DNA of 53,915 nucleotides, the filler included, from Sphacelaria rigidula (taxonomy: Eukaryota), in assembly GCA_964200075.2 (NCBI GenBank). It is 5 parts of 5 records of this genome, joined end to end, with 100 filler letters (N's around TTAATTAATTAA, not from the genome) between each part and the next. Parts side by side here need not be neighbours in the genome. Positions count along the whole stretch, not along the records: positions 21,609 to 32,311 come from CAXNAA020006057.1; positions 32,412 to 43,114 come from CAXNAA020006058.1; 3 more parts are not named here. The stretch is one strand, 5' to 3'. The translations under genes and the position numbers were made by a program. This document shows, in pieces, positions 24,658-36,899 of this stretch. The first letter of the stretch is position 1. Each line of letters begins with the position of its first letter. The notes below the pieces were generated by a model that was not told the origin of the DNA, did not search any database, and saw only the letters and a program-made list of their open reading frames with translations.

Positions 24658-26627
24658 TACTCACCTACTGGTACATTACAACTATCGCGTACTTCGTAAT
24701 TGCTAAGACTACACACACACACAATAGCTCTACTCCGTTCACTGCTCCGTACACCCTCTTCTTCTGCGGGACATGTGCGGCGCTCGGCTACAAAATCGTT
24801 TCCTTCAATTCCCCCACGACGACTTCTCCTTCCATCAACACGACGCGGCTCCTCCTCCATCTCCTCCTAGGTTCAGCGCGGTGCGTATAATCGCGAGCGC
24901 CGATCCGATGACAAAACCGCCGGACAAAAGCAATCGCAGCAAGCAACGTGCATGCGTTACGATGGAGAGGTTAGTCGGCACATTTTGATTAGTATGTTGT
25001 GTTTGTACGGGATAAAACGTGGGCAGAGGAGTGTTTATTGGTCATGTCTGTGAAACGCGTGAGTTTGGCGGGTATGCTCGTGCCTGCTTGCCTGCTATCT
25101 ATTTTCCTCACACCTACTCAATCCTTGGATTTGCGAACGAGACACTGAAAATGACTCGGAGTCCATGTACAATTCGTTCCGTCGCTTCGTATCTTGCTTC
25201 TAGCGGCCTTGAGAACATTGCGTTCTGTCTTATTCCGCTCCGTCCGGCCCCCTCTCGATCCTCCACCCATTTTTTGTTTCGTGTCAATGATCGACATTGA
25301 AACACGCCCTCCATCTCCCACTCTCATCAACTTTCCCATCCCATCTCCACATGATTTTTGATTTTGTGGAATGTGAACCCCTGCAACACCACAGAATATA
25401 TACGTTCTTGATGCAAGGTTGGGTGATGCGTGCACGCTAAACTTATAACAGTAAATATTTCGAGCGAGAAACCTTCGGTCTTCATCGGAGGTGAGGACAC
25501 GTAGTCTTCTCTCGTCTAGCCGGAATCTAATGGGTCAAGGTGCACTCATCGATCGCACACGTCACTGATGACATTGTGCGATTCAACAAGAAAAGCTGCA
25601 CCATACACGTTGTCGGGTGGAACGATTCAATCAGTGCTGAGGACGGCTGGCATGAATTGTGGCAAAATCCCGGCGAAAACAATATCGTTCAACAGGGAAC
25701 ATGTGATATTACGACGGTGGTTGTTCATGTGTCGACGAGAGGGGGGCGGGGGGGGGCTTCTGTTGAGGTTTCGAGATTTCCTCATATTACAACATGTATG
25801 GGACAAAACGCGCGCGAAGCTAACGAACTTCTTCTTCGATACACAGTAAGTTCAAAATTTCAAAATCACACGTCCAAAGTTAAAAATCCATCCGCCGAAC
25901 AACATTGGCACCATGTGAAATAAATTGCGCACAGAAAAGGTGGGAAGGCTGAGGATCCAGTGTACAGTAGTACCCAGAACATTACCGTGAGGACACAATA
26001 CTGTAGCACAAGCTTTACTCCCCCAATAAAAACCACTGCATCTTGACGGGGACGCCGTTGATTCACCGTTGTCACCCCTCGCTACTCACCTGACACGTCC
26101 CCCGAGTAACAACACATGGAGCACTAAAACCACGCGCCAAAAATCGTTCAAGACACGCAAATCACACGGCGGACATGTCTCCTGACATTGCGGAGATGTA
26201 CACTGAGTGAAGGCGCGTGGCAAGGCAGTAGGTCAGATCCAGTTCGTATCCCAGGCATGTACGGCTACGCCGTGCACCAATGAAAAGCAGTTATTTGACC
26301 TGCAAAGTACAAATGTGTGTGTGTTACCTTTTTTGACAAACAGGTCGCCCGTTGAGTACATCCATCTGCCATCATCCTCGCTCTTTCGTTCCTCCTTACA
26401 CAGTGGGGAAAGCCCCACGTACGAGAGTTGAAGGCTGGCACATCCGCTCCCGTTGTAGCACATGCAATCCTCGAGTTATCCCGCTACCCCTTGCCTACTT
26501 CTCTTGCCAGTGTTCGCTCTCGCTTCAGAAGTGCCTTTTTGATGTGAAACGGACGACGACATATCCACCGCCGCTCATTTCGTCCTTTATTCAAGCTCTC
26601 GAGCAACCTGTGATGCCCAATCAAACG

Positions 26628-29600
26628 TTATCTCCCGTGAGAGGCGCTCAGGAAAGCTGGCGGGACGATATCATCCTCTCGACAGCTGTCGCACCGCCAT
26701 ACGCAACCCGCCATCCGTGTCTTCGGACGTTTTAGACATCGCGAATGATACGAATTTCCGCACTCGCCGCACGTATTCAACTTGCCACCCTCCGCCATCT
26801 TACACTCTGTTCCCACGGCGCACCGCCCGCCGCCGCCATTGCTACTCTGTACCTGTTCAACGTTAGACCACTGCCGTTGTTGCTCATGTTCCCCACTCGC
26901 GGAGCCTGCAGGACTAAACCCAGGCAAGCGCGACATCAGACACGATGCAGGGGTCGGTGCTCTCTCGGCCACGCCCAAAACGTCCCGAGGAAGCGTGTTT
27001 TCAGTCTCCGTATCGCAAACACTGCTGCTGTAGCTCTTGCTGCTGCCGGTGCTGCCGTCCCTACTGCCTCGATGCTGTCGCAGTTCCTCGTCCCCCTCCG
27101 TCGTAAAATCAAGGGAGGTGAACCCAGGTGACCGCAGCGTGAGAGACGTGGCGGGACTCGTGGTCGACGGGTCCTCGGCCGTGAGTGACACCGGGGTAGC
27201 AATAGGCGTATCTATAGTCTCTCCCCTGGAGGGGGGTCTTTTTGCTTGGGGTGTAGTGTCACCGGCATTACTAGTGCTCGTGAGGGTAGTGATATCCTCA
27301 GCTTCATTCTCTCGGATACGTCGTCGCTTGCGTGGCGATTGCCGTGGTGGATACCGGTGCGCGGGCAGCAACGGTTCGAACGTTGGTCGAAGTGGCGAGC
27401 AATCCGCGCATGTGAAGCCGTTTGTGTGGATTCCGCGGCGCGGTGGGTCCATGCACCGCGGATGGTAAGGAAGGGTGCACATCTGGCAGCACTGGACATT
27501 CCCTACTCGGCTCTCGCAAGCAGAGCATGGCGGCCCCCTCTTCCGCCTGTACACCATTTCCGCCGACATCTCCAGAGCGGCAATCTCTGACGGCGAGTTG
27601 GGTTCTGTGCACATAGAACACACCCACCCACCCCCATGGTGGTCGTCGGGCAGCATCTGCAGCGGTGGTTCCAAGCAACCCAGGTGGAACGAAAACTCGC
27701 ACGAGCTGCACGTGGCAAGCTTCTCGCCAACTCGTTCACAGATGAGACAAATTGCTCTAGGCTCGCCGCCTTTTCCTACTCGAGCCGTTTTTCCAGAGGT
27801 CTCCAGCGCAAAGGCCAAAACCTGCTCCGTCATGTCCCGTGCCCCCCCACCCGCGCCACCTCCCACGGACAGGGGCTGTTTCCTGGGCGATAGCGGAACA
27901 GAATCGTTCTGCGGGGCAAATGTCGGCGGTAAAAACCTCTCCCCGTTGGCAGTGGCAACGGTGGACAGCCTCGCCATCATCAAGGACATCAGCGCAGTGG
28001 CATTCGAGTACCGCGTGGTCATCGGTCCAGTCTCCCCGGTTCCCTTGTCTTCCTCCTCCTCCTCCTTCTCGACCGCAGTAGAAATCAAGGACGCCGAGGG
28101 CAAACAAGCGGTCTTCAAGCCGCAACCATCGCCATCGCCGGAATGCCGTCGGCGGCCGCGGCGGCGGCGGTGGTGACACAACATGCAAACCCAACCCTCG
28201 GCTGGCGGCAACGCCACCATGGGTGGATCGAGACACCGCGGGTGATACTCCCCGCCGCACGCGCTGCAAGACACCCGCGGCAAAGTCTCACCACCACATG
28301 CGACGCAGCAGGGCGGCCCGGCCCACGCAGCAACAGTGGTCGCCGACTTCCTTCCGCTATGCCGCCGCCGCCCTGCCGAAGGAGGTTGTGGACTTGAGTC
28401 CGACATTTTTGTTGCCTTCTGGTTGCCCAACGCGTCGCTCGGGGTAGTGGATCTCACAGGTCTAGTAGCTGCAGCTGTATGCTTCTTTCGTGGGCGGCTC
28501 TTGCGCTTGGAGGGCGGTGGCGGCGCGGCGGGTGGCGGTGGGGATGCAAGAAGCAACGGAGTCGCGCGGGCAATGTTGCCGGTGTCAGTGCCGATATCGG
28601 CGGTCCGAGACCGAGCTCCGATGAATCGTACGTCATCGAGAGATTGGAGGTCACCTTGTCGGAAGGACGGGTGAGTGAAAACCTCGATGGAATTACTGCA
28701 GCTGCTCCTTCTGCCGTTGCTGCCGCTGCCGATGGTCGCTGATACATCCAATGACCCCCCGTCTTGCAAGAGCTCGTCCGCGCGTGTGACCCTGAAGCCG
28801 TAGGCCGACAGAACTTCTGAGAATGAGCTCCACGTGACGCATCCGAATTGAGGGGCTGCTATCTCGCGCACGAAGCGATCGCGATCCGGCACCTGTACCG
28901 TAGTTTGAAGACCGAGAGGGACAGACAGACGTACGGCAAGAGAGGGAGAGAGGGAGCGAGAGACAAGAGACACGAGATGGGAGATGTGTCAACCAGACGA
29001 ATAGACAAACAGAGAAGCTGAGGCACGATGCAACAATTTTTGCAGTTGATCGGGGTTTGGCCCCTTCGATGGCGATATCCAAACGCTCATACGACAGCGT
29101 GATCCTGTTCTACTACCGTGGTGTGCTGCACAATCGTGGTGCTCCAAAGTCTGCCGCGGACCGTACCGTACATTACAGCTGAAACGCAACTCTAGCGTAG
29201 TACTCGTGGGAACGACCACATAATTTCGCATCCCATCGATCCTTGCGTCCCGCAGTCTGCTCCTCTCGGGCTGATATGTGTACAGCAAGCTTGGGGAGGC
29301 AACATCTATCTAAAGCTCAAAAGGCGGTGACACCCTGTTACTGTGTCACGTTCGGTTGTTCTACCTCGGCAGCTGCCGCCTAACGGTTGGTTGGCCACCC
29401 TCCGACGTACTGAAACACGTTGCTCCCCCGACATTATAGGAACATGTCTGTTCCGCTCGTGTACTTGCACTGGTGTCCTCTACACCGCTAAGTACTCGAA
29501 GTATACAGTGTGCACAACGAGAATCGCAGATGACACAGAGGCGGAACCCCTCTACTCCACTGATGAGCCTCGTGTGAAGATTGAGCGAGCCACACGAACT

Positions 29601-29863
29601 TTGATAGCACGAGGAATGCTTGGGCTATCTTACACGTTCAAAAGAAGCAGAAAGAGCACAGTCAGCCGTTGAGCTCTCACTGCCGTTCCGCACGAAAGAC
29701 TGCACAAAAGCGTAAAACATTTTATAAGCTGGAATCCTACCTGAAAGCCCTGATGGTGATGCCACCTGATAAGGCTGTAATCTCCTTCCTCGAGGAGAAC
29801 GTAAAGCTTGAACGGGAAATCATCGCCGCACAGATCCCCATCAACCGCGTGGCTGCACTCCAT
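26628..29863 (-). CDS. Protein with an HSF-type DNA-binding domain and four PHD fingers, about 795 aa. Exons: 29863-29741, 28892-26628
   Basis: Exon 1 FPFKLYVLLEEGDYSLIRW...GFQ (CAG|gtagga) joins in phase 0 to VPDRDRFVREI...F...WSSFSEVLSAYGF...FTHPSFRQG, giving an HSF winged helix. Four C4-H-C3 motifs follow, for example CLIC...CSSCEFSFHLGCLEPPL...WVCSMC. An in-frame TAG lies just upstream of the ATG. Confidence 0.85.
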
Positions 29864-31050
29864 CTGCTACCCATTCTGCAGTGAGATAACACCGCTGCCC
29901 AGGCAACTTGCCACTGGTGATGGGGGCATGACTGGGACAGCCCAGCCTTTCAAAACGGTTACGCTTATACCACACATACTATATGCCATTATCCAATTTA
30001 GCCATTGTTTGTCAGTCCCTGAGTGCTGCGTAGCTTACACCCCTGTGTGTATCTTTCGGCGGGATGGGCATTTGGAAAGGTCTCGTGCTTACGATATGTT
30101 TCATACCAATACTAGCGAGAAGTCCCCTGGCTACTGTCAGAGCATTCTCCGTAGCGGGCAGCGGTGCTACGGCGCTTAGTACCTCTCGCTGGGTTTACCT
30201 TGGACGCTCGAGAATCCCCGGACAGGATCGCCGGCAGCTTCGACAGTCTGCGTCAACAGACCAGGACCAGCAGATTATTAGGTGTGACAGCTTCAGGAAG
30301 TCCGCATGGGCGATGTAGCCATTCAGTCGTATCGAGCGTGCGTGGGGTCGTGTATTCGCGTAGCTGTAGAGTTTGACGATTGGCTCCCGAAAACGAAATC
30401 CCCAGTTTGATGTACGATATACCTCAAGAAAGTCCAATTGCGGGGCGTTTTTCATTGCAATTTAATAAGAGGATTCAACCATCGTACATCAACATCTCTC
30501 GGGTCAGAGCTGACACACCGCAGAGGGGATTTACGGGCAAAGGCGGCGAATTGTTATCGCTAGGCCACCACCGGCAAACCCTCGAGCTAGCATACCTTGG
30601 ATTACGATAACATGTGGATTCCGTGAAAGTTGATGGCTCAGGCAGATCAGTAAAGGGCGAGGAGCGAGGAGGGCGTTCCGTGCGTACCGATCTACCCGCT
30701 GATGAGCGAACAGCCCACAGGTTCAACTTGGTCGCACCAGGGGCATGCTGCAGGCTGCCAGTGAAAAGCGTCCCCTATAGTCTAGAAGCGTAATGTTTTG
30801 AGCGCACGATGCCCGGAGCGGACACCGCTTTTACACGTGATGGCACGTATTTTGATATCTGCGATGCAGTGCTAGTTGACCATGACATTTGTCCACGATT
30901 ATAAGTTCATACCTGGCACATCTTCACCCCTTTCGCGCCGGAAGCCTCTGATGGACCTTAGATGGACCCCCGAAAAGTGCGCGTCATATTTATTACGGTG
31001 CGGGGTTCGGGACTCCGAATTTTTGCCGGAGGGGGTGTAATCGGGAGTAA

Positions 31051-31239
31051 GGCCGTGTCTTATCAAATTGTTGTCGACTCGAAAACGTACGGTGGAATCG
31101 AATTTGCTCGTACCTGATACGTCCACGGCATCCATGTTTCAACCATCTGAGAAAATAAAGAGCGTGGGCGAATCAGAAACGAGGGAATTCGATTCGACCG
31201 CATGTTTTCGACACGAAAATAATTTGATAAGACACGGTC
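31051..31239. mobile_element. Foldback MITE, 189 bp, PIF/Harbinger (Tourist)-like
   Basis: 77-bp imperfect inverted arms (31051-31127 and 31163-31239) starting GGCCGTGTCTTATCAAATT; flanked by TAA and TAG. Confidence 0.8.
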
Positions 31240-32311
31240 TAGGTGGGAGAGATAGAGGTACGGTAAACTACAACCAAGGTAGATCCAGACGGGCCATTCA
31301 CTTGCAATTTGAAAAGGCCCGTCTGACATCGCCAGCCGTTACGGAAGAATCGAGCAATGATGATTTTTGGCTCGTTTGTGCGAGTGCTTGATGACAGTCC
31401 CCAGTGCAACTTCGAATAAATGAGGGCGATGGCAGAGAACACCGCGTGGTGTTTTGTCCTGTATTCTCCAAAAGCAACCCTCAGTGGTTCACCGTCCATG
31501 CTTCGTCGCGTAACACATCGCCCTATAATAGTAAACACATGCGAACAATGGCCTCTGGTCAGCGGTTGTAGGCGTCACTCATCATCTCCTTTGCACCACC
31601 GCATTCCCCGCGGTGCCGGCATTTTTTACTCGAAGACCGCTGTACGCGTACTACTTTTCGGAAACTGTCATCTACATCCTACTTGCTGTAAGCCAGTCGC
31701 CGCGGTAGCTGAGTTGATAACCTCGAAACCTTCTGACGGTTGGGTCGTGAATCCGACTCTCGGAGCGATCTGGGATTTTTTCTCACACAAAAAAGAGTTT
31801 CGGAAAACGTTTTTTCAAATTTTAGAGTCAGAGTGGAAGGAAAAATAGCCGGTAGCGGTGCACTTTCCGCTATGAAGTATTTTTTAGAGCGTTTTTTTCA
31901 GAGTGAGAGAGCCGTTTTCACCTCTCCACTCTGAAAACCGTTGTGCCTCTTCATAGTTTATGGCGGAACGGAGAAGAACACCCACCTTCACCACCATGAT
32001 TACAGCCAGTTCAAAATCGATATACCCTAACAAGCAAAATGGGACATCCATCATAACTGTAATGCTCATCACAATGGACTATTCGCGAATTATAAACGCT
32101 TTGCATCGCAATCAGAAGACTTCCCTGACGCTGCCACGATGGTATCAGCATTCGCTTGGTTGCGATGAGTGAATATTCAAATGCTCGGCAGGGTGCAGTT
32201 CCTTCTTTTTGCCAACTTCAGCTGTAAGAAGACGGTGTGAACGATTCGTAGTCTACAACGCACAAGTAGTACTACACCTGGCTACGTTGCCATTCCGTTA
32301 GGGGTCATGAC

Positions 32312-32411
32312 NNNNNNNNNNNNNNNNNNNNNNNNNNNNNNNNNNNNNNNNNNNNTTAATTAATTAANNNNNNNNNNNNNNNNNNNNNNNNNNNNNNNNN
32401 NNNNNNNNNNN
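32312..32411. other. Artificial contig linker (N44-TTAATTAATTAA-N44)
   Basis: Identical 100-nt spacer. Confidence 0.98.
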
Positions 32412-32789
32412 GCTCCGTCTCGAAAGGGATGCGTGGTCAATGGTCAAACGACTAAGGCAAGCAACACATGAGAACGCCCCCGTCAAACATGCTCTCCCAA
32501 CGCTGCCTTCAGTTCGCTGTCATCAGGTCGCCACATCATGGTTTTGCACGGTTCAGTATAAACCGTGTATGTGCTGCACAAATTCTTCAGATACTAAATT
32601 GAATGGCTTCCCATATAAGGCAGCTATCTGAAAACACCACGTAGCAAAACATTCCCACGGGCAGCACGAACCTTTTCAACATATTGCATGGATATTTGTT
32701 CATGCGAGGCTACTAATCTTCATGGTCCACGTTCCGAAACACGACCGTCTCGAGAGCGCCCCCCCCCCCCCCCTCCTTCCCGCCCGGCC

Positions 32790-34910
32790 CCTGCTCACAT
32801 CAACTCGCTGCTGTTTTTGGTCCCTGCCCATCGTCTCCCCGTCTTGGCGCATGCGCTTGGACTGCCTGTGTCTTTCCTCGTCGCCCCCGTCTCCATACCC
32901 GCCACCACCACTGCTGCTCGTGCTGCTGCTGTTGCCATCGGAATTGTTGCTGCCCCGGACTCCTGCTGTCCGGTTAGCACCGACTTTCTGCCTTGGAGTA
33001 GCTGGACTCCTTCCGCCCGTTTTTGAAACGTCTGAAAGGTTGCATGTGCATTTCAGGGGAGAAGGGTCAGCCGAGGGCGGATATAGCCGAGATTTTTCGC
33101 GCATATTATGATGACCGAGGCAGGTAATTGCCAAAGGCGACACTTTTCTGTGTTCGAGTTGATTTCGCGGTGAATGTTACTTCGTGCGTCTTCGCGGAGT
33201 ATGAAAATGAAGACAGTGACTAAACGCAATGATGTCGTAATGGCGAATGGCGAGATTTTTTTTATAGCAAACAATGTTAAACGTACGAAACCAAATTAAC
33301 CACGCACAACGCGCGAGGGAAAACACGTTTTTGCGCAGAGGCATGCCGCAGCGGCCTCGGCATCACGCTTCGTTATCGCTGTTGCTGCTGCGAGTTCACG
33401 CGTGAAGAGTTGATCAAACGCTGCACGTGGGAGCAACATCGAGCATAGCTGACCCACCCTGACCGCCCCTGCGCGCTGTGCAGATTTGACAAACTTGCAC
33501 CCACCATCACCACCCAACAGCTGGTTCGACAGAGGGGCACGTTTCATCCACAACACGAACTGAAAAAAATGTCTTGAGAAACACATATCATGTGTGAAGG
33601 GGTGATATCTCGACGAACACTCGTGATAATTTCTCCTTTTTACGTCGCGGTTCTCACATTACTCCCACTCTTCATGAGCATCTTCTTTCCTTCTTTCAAC
33701 GAGAACTTTGTAGAAGTAACATTTTCACAAGCTAGCAGTGAGGATGTGCGCCATTTTTCACAGATCTTTGACGTGTGTTGGGTCCCCAAACCAACGATCT
33801 CCACAGCAGATTTTCCCGTGAGTCTCCGAACTCTCCTTGGAAGCTTTTCACCAGTTGTGTGGTCCACAACCATTTCCAAGACTCTTTTGTTCCGACTGAA
33901 CTTTAATTAGCTTTGTGATGAGAGTCAGGATTAGACCCCGGGACCTTCTGTTCATGAAGAGTACGAAGTCATCTCATTGGTGTCACCAATGTGAAAAAGT
34001 GATTCCTCGATGGACACTCGTGGGAATTATTCCCTTCAGTGTGATGGTTCCAACACATAGATTTGTTTTAGAGATATCGGGACACTGGTGTAGACATGCT
34101 CGTTGGCACAACGGCGACAGTGCCTCCGTGCACTTTGCTGTCGAGTTGGTGTTGATGCGGAATCTGATTGTCAACACGGAATGCCACCTGGGGTTTGGAC
34201 GAGGGGAATGGGGCATGTTCAGGGTACACCTGAGGATCGTACACGCATTCAACATTTTCACAGGCTGCAAGGTTCATTGTGCTCAATCGTGTGTCAGTTC
34301 GAGCTCCCCAAGAAGTGAAGGCTCCGGATGCTATCTCGTAGACGATTATAGCAGCCTCGGTGCAACAATGTGGTGAGTTGATCTTCTCAACTTTCGTCAC
34401 ATAACGTGCCCATCACCCGTCATGGGTTCCAGCCTACTTGAAGTATTTCGACCATTTTCAGCTATTTTGTAACGCATATATCACGATTTCGGATAGTCGT
34501 TTGGGTATCTCACATGTGTATGACGCGAGGGCGATTTTTCCCAACATCACGTCATAACCCTTTGACCGTCACCTTCGTCTCGGAGCATTATCGCTGGCTC
34601 ACGGTACAGGGTTTTTCATGAGCAAGGGGTCCGCTTCAACGCGTGGGGGACGGGAAATGTGCGTGTTTTTATATCGTCGGCGAAATCTTTAATGAGAAAT
34701 CAGGGGTTTCCTTAGGGAGGTTTCGGTCGTGCAACAGGGCCAAAGGGACCGGAGTATATCGCACTGACAGCTTTGATTGATCGGATCCATCGTATTTTCC
34801 CACACATCACTCAGCATCGCCTTACTCGGCGGTGAACTGAATTTGATCCTTTTTGCAAGGGTCATGTAACTCTTCAAGCATACGGGAAAAAAAAGGAAAA
34901 TCGCTCTTTG
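32790..34910 (-). pseudogene. Decayed coding region, possibly a CACTA/EnSpm-type transposase with downstream exon-like pieces
   Basis: Fragments MLSDVWE, RSLWP...L..PL...RF, CENVEC...VYPEH..F and SPLCQ...PDISK.NLCV..I.LKGII occur in the order expected for CACTA transposase motifs. Many stops. A GC-rich exon-like segment lies at about 32795-33030. Confidence 0.3.
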
Positions 34911-36605
34911 CAACGACTTCGCGGCCTAGCTGGCCGCTCTTGCGTCGGCAAGATAGCTGAAGAATGAAGTAAAACGCAAGTAGAGATGGGAACAGCGAGG
35001 GCCATCTGGCGTGGAGAGTGACCATACACGGATGACTTCGTACGGTTGTATTTAGCTGCGGAATGAAAAGAGACCGTATGTGCGGTTCAGCAGCAGTACG
35101 TCTGGGTACCGGCGAGACGGTGTTCATGACATGCGGTGCAGCATTGAAGCATGCTCGAGGTGTGTCCGGGAAGTGTCGAGACAACAAAAGCATACTTGCA
35201 GGCATAGAGTGCGTTGTTTGCGTATATCGCAGCAGTACAAGTAGCCGTGTTGAGCATGCACCATATACTACGCATGAACGCATGTACACCACGAAAATGG
35301 CTCATCGAATACGTACAAGTGATGGCTTGGCTCAAACTAGGCAGAGCTTCTAATTTACGCATTTGCATACAAATGCTCAACATCCACGAGCTCATGTCCC
35401 GTATTAAACCATACGTCCCGATTCAAAAGGACCAGGGTGATATTGGGCGATCTCGATGAGACCCTCGGTCTAAGGCTTGAACAAATCTCAAGCGGGTCAC
35501 TTACCGGTCCCGTCGCGACTCTGTAGCTTCTTCTCGCTGTACGCTCCCGGCCCTAGACGGGCGCGTTTGGTCCCCTCCGGTAGAACAGGGTCGGCGATTG
35601 GCACTGGCTGTTCCTGCTCCATAGAGTCGTATATCGGCGGCTTTCCGAACCTGGAGCAATACATATGGATATATATTTGTGTGTGTTAGTGTGTAAGAAA
35701 CACGAAATATACGAATAATTGTCGCCTTCACCGATCATTTTGCATTTTTCGTCCGTGTAGAACAAGCCACCGCTTCGTATTCTCAGTGGCTTGGCACTGG
35801 CGTATGGTACGAACCCACGATTCCGCTTCCTTGCGATCTAACTTGTCGCCACTTCTGGCGTTGTTTCTGCTTGTTTGCACGTGTTATTAGCACTCTCCGC
35901 GCACACAGCAAGAACTCGAAAATCTCCTGGTTGTGATCGAAGAGGGCGGCGGAGCTGCATTATGTATGGCACACTTGCGCATAAAATCTCAAGCCGTAGG
36001 ACTTTCTCGGAGAAACTCTGAGATGAATGTCGTGCATTGTGTATGCTGCCAGCAATAATGAGGGGGTATCGTACACAGTGCTCAGGCAGTGCAATCCACA
36101 CGTAGACTTCCAGATTTACATGATTGTACCGCAGGCCATTCCCCCGCCCCCCGCAAACACGGAGTACAGTGCGCGGCAAAGAGAAAGGCAGCAGGGTGGC
36201 ACGTGGGTATACTCGTTGAATACCACAGGCACGATAGAGCACAGCAGGGTATGCTGCCAAGAGAGACACAGGCGGGTGGGGAGGGGCGACAGCTGTTATG
36301 GCACAAACCGAAGCAAGACTGCCCCAAGAAGCTGAGTGCGTAACACGTGCTTCAGCAGCTAGACATCATGGGCATCAGTACCCTGCTCACATATATGGGG
36401 CTGGCAAATGGGCGCAGGTGCAGCACTGTACTGTATCCAACAAGCAGAAGCTGCCGAGTCAATCATTGACATAAGGCAGGTCTGGATTAAGGGGCATGCG
36501 ATAATGCCCCGTCTACAGTCAAGGAAGAGACAGTGCGAATGCCATTTTGTGAAGTTCAGTATAAACACTTGGCCCACACTGTATCGAAGACATTACGAAT
36601 CAATA

Positions 36606-36810
36606 CAAGGGTAGGTCGAGTAGAGTATACTCAATTGCGGGGTATTTTGAAAGTCGAACTTAAAGTACACAAATTGGGGGTAGGGTTTCAGGGATCGCTT
36701 TCCAGTCATATCTTGGGTACAACTTCCAACACTTTACCCTAATTTGAGTACCCCAAGTACGTCTTTCAAAATACCCCGCAATTGAGTAAACTCTACTCGA
36801 CCTGCCCTTG
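36606..36810. mobile_element. Foldback MITE, 205 bp, with 8-bp TSD (hAT/P-like)
   Basis: About 80-bp inverted arms starting CAAGGG(T/C)AGGTCGAGTAGAGT.TACTCAATTGCGGGGTATTTTGAAAG. Flanks AATCAATA (36598-36605) and AATCAAGA (36811-36818) match at 7/8. Confidence 0.88.
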
Positions 36811-36899
36811 AATCAAGACACCAACTGCGAGCGTATGAAGACGACCATCCGCATGAGTCAACTCTGATTCGCGGGGGCGTTTGTCCAACAGGACGAAAG

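Noticed and set aside
11363..29863. ULK4 and HSF-PHD as a co-oriented cluster or one fused gene
   Set aside because: They lie on different contigs separated by an artificial linker, and the HSF-PHD ORF has its own stop codon.
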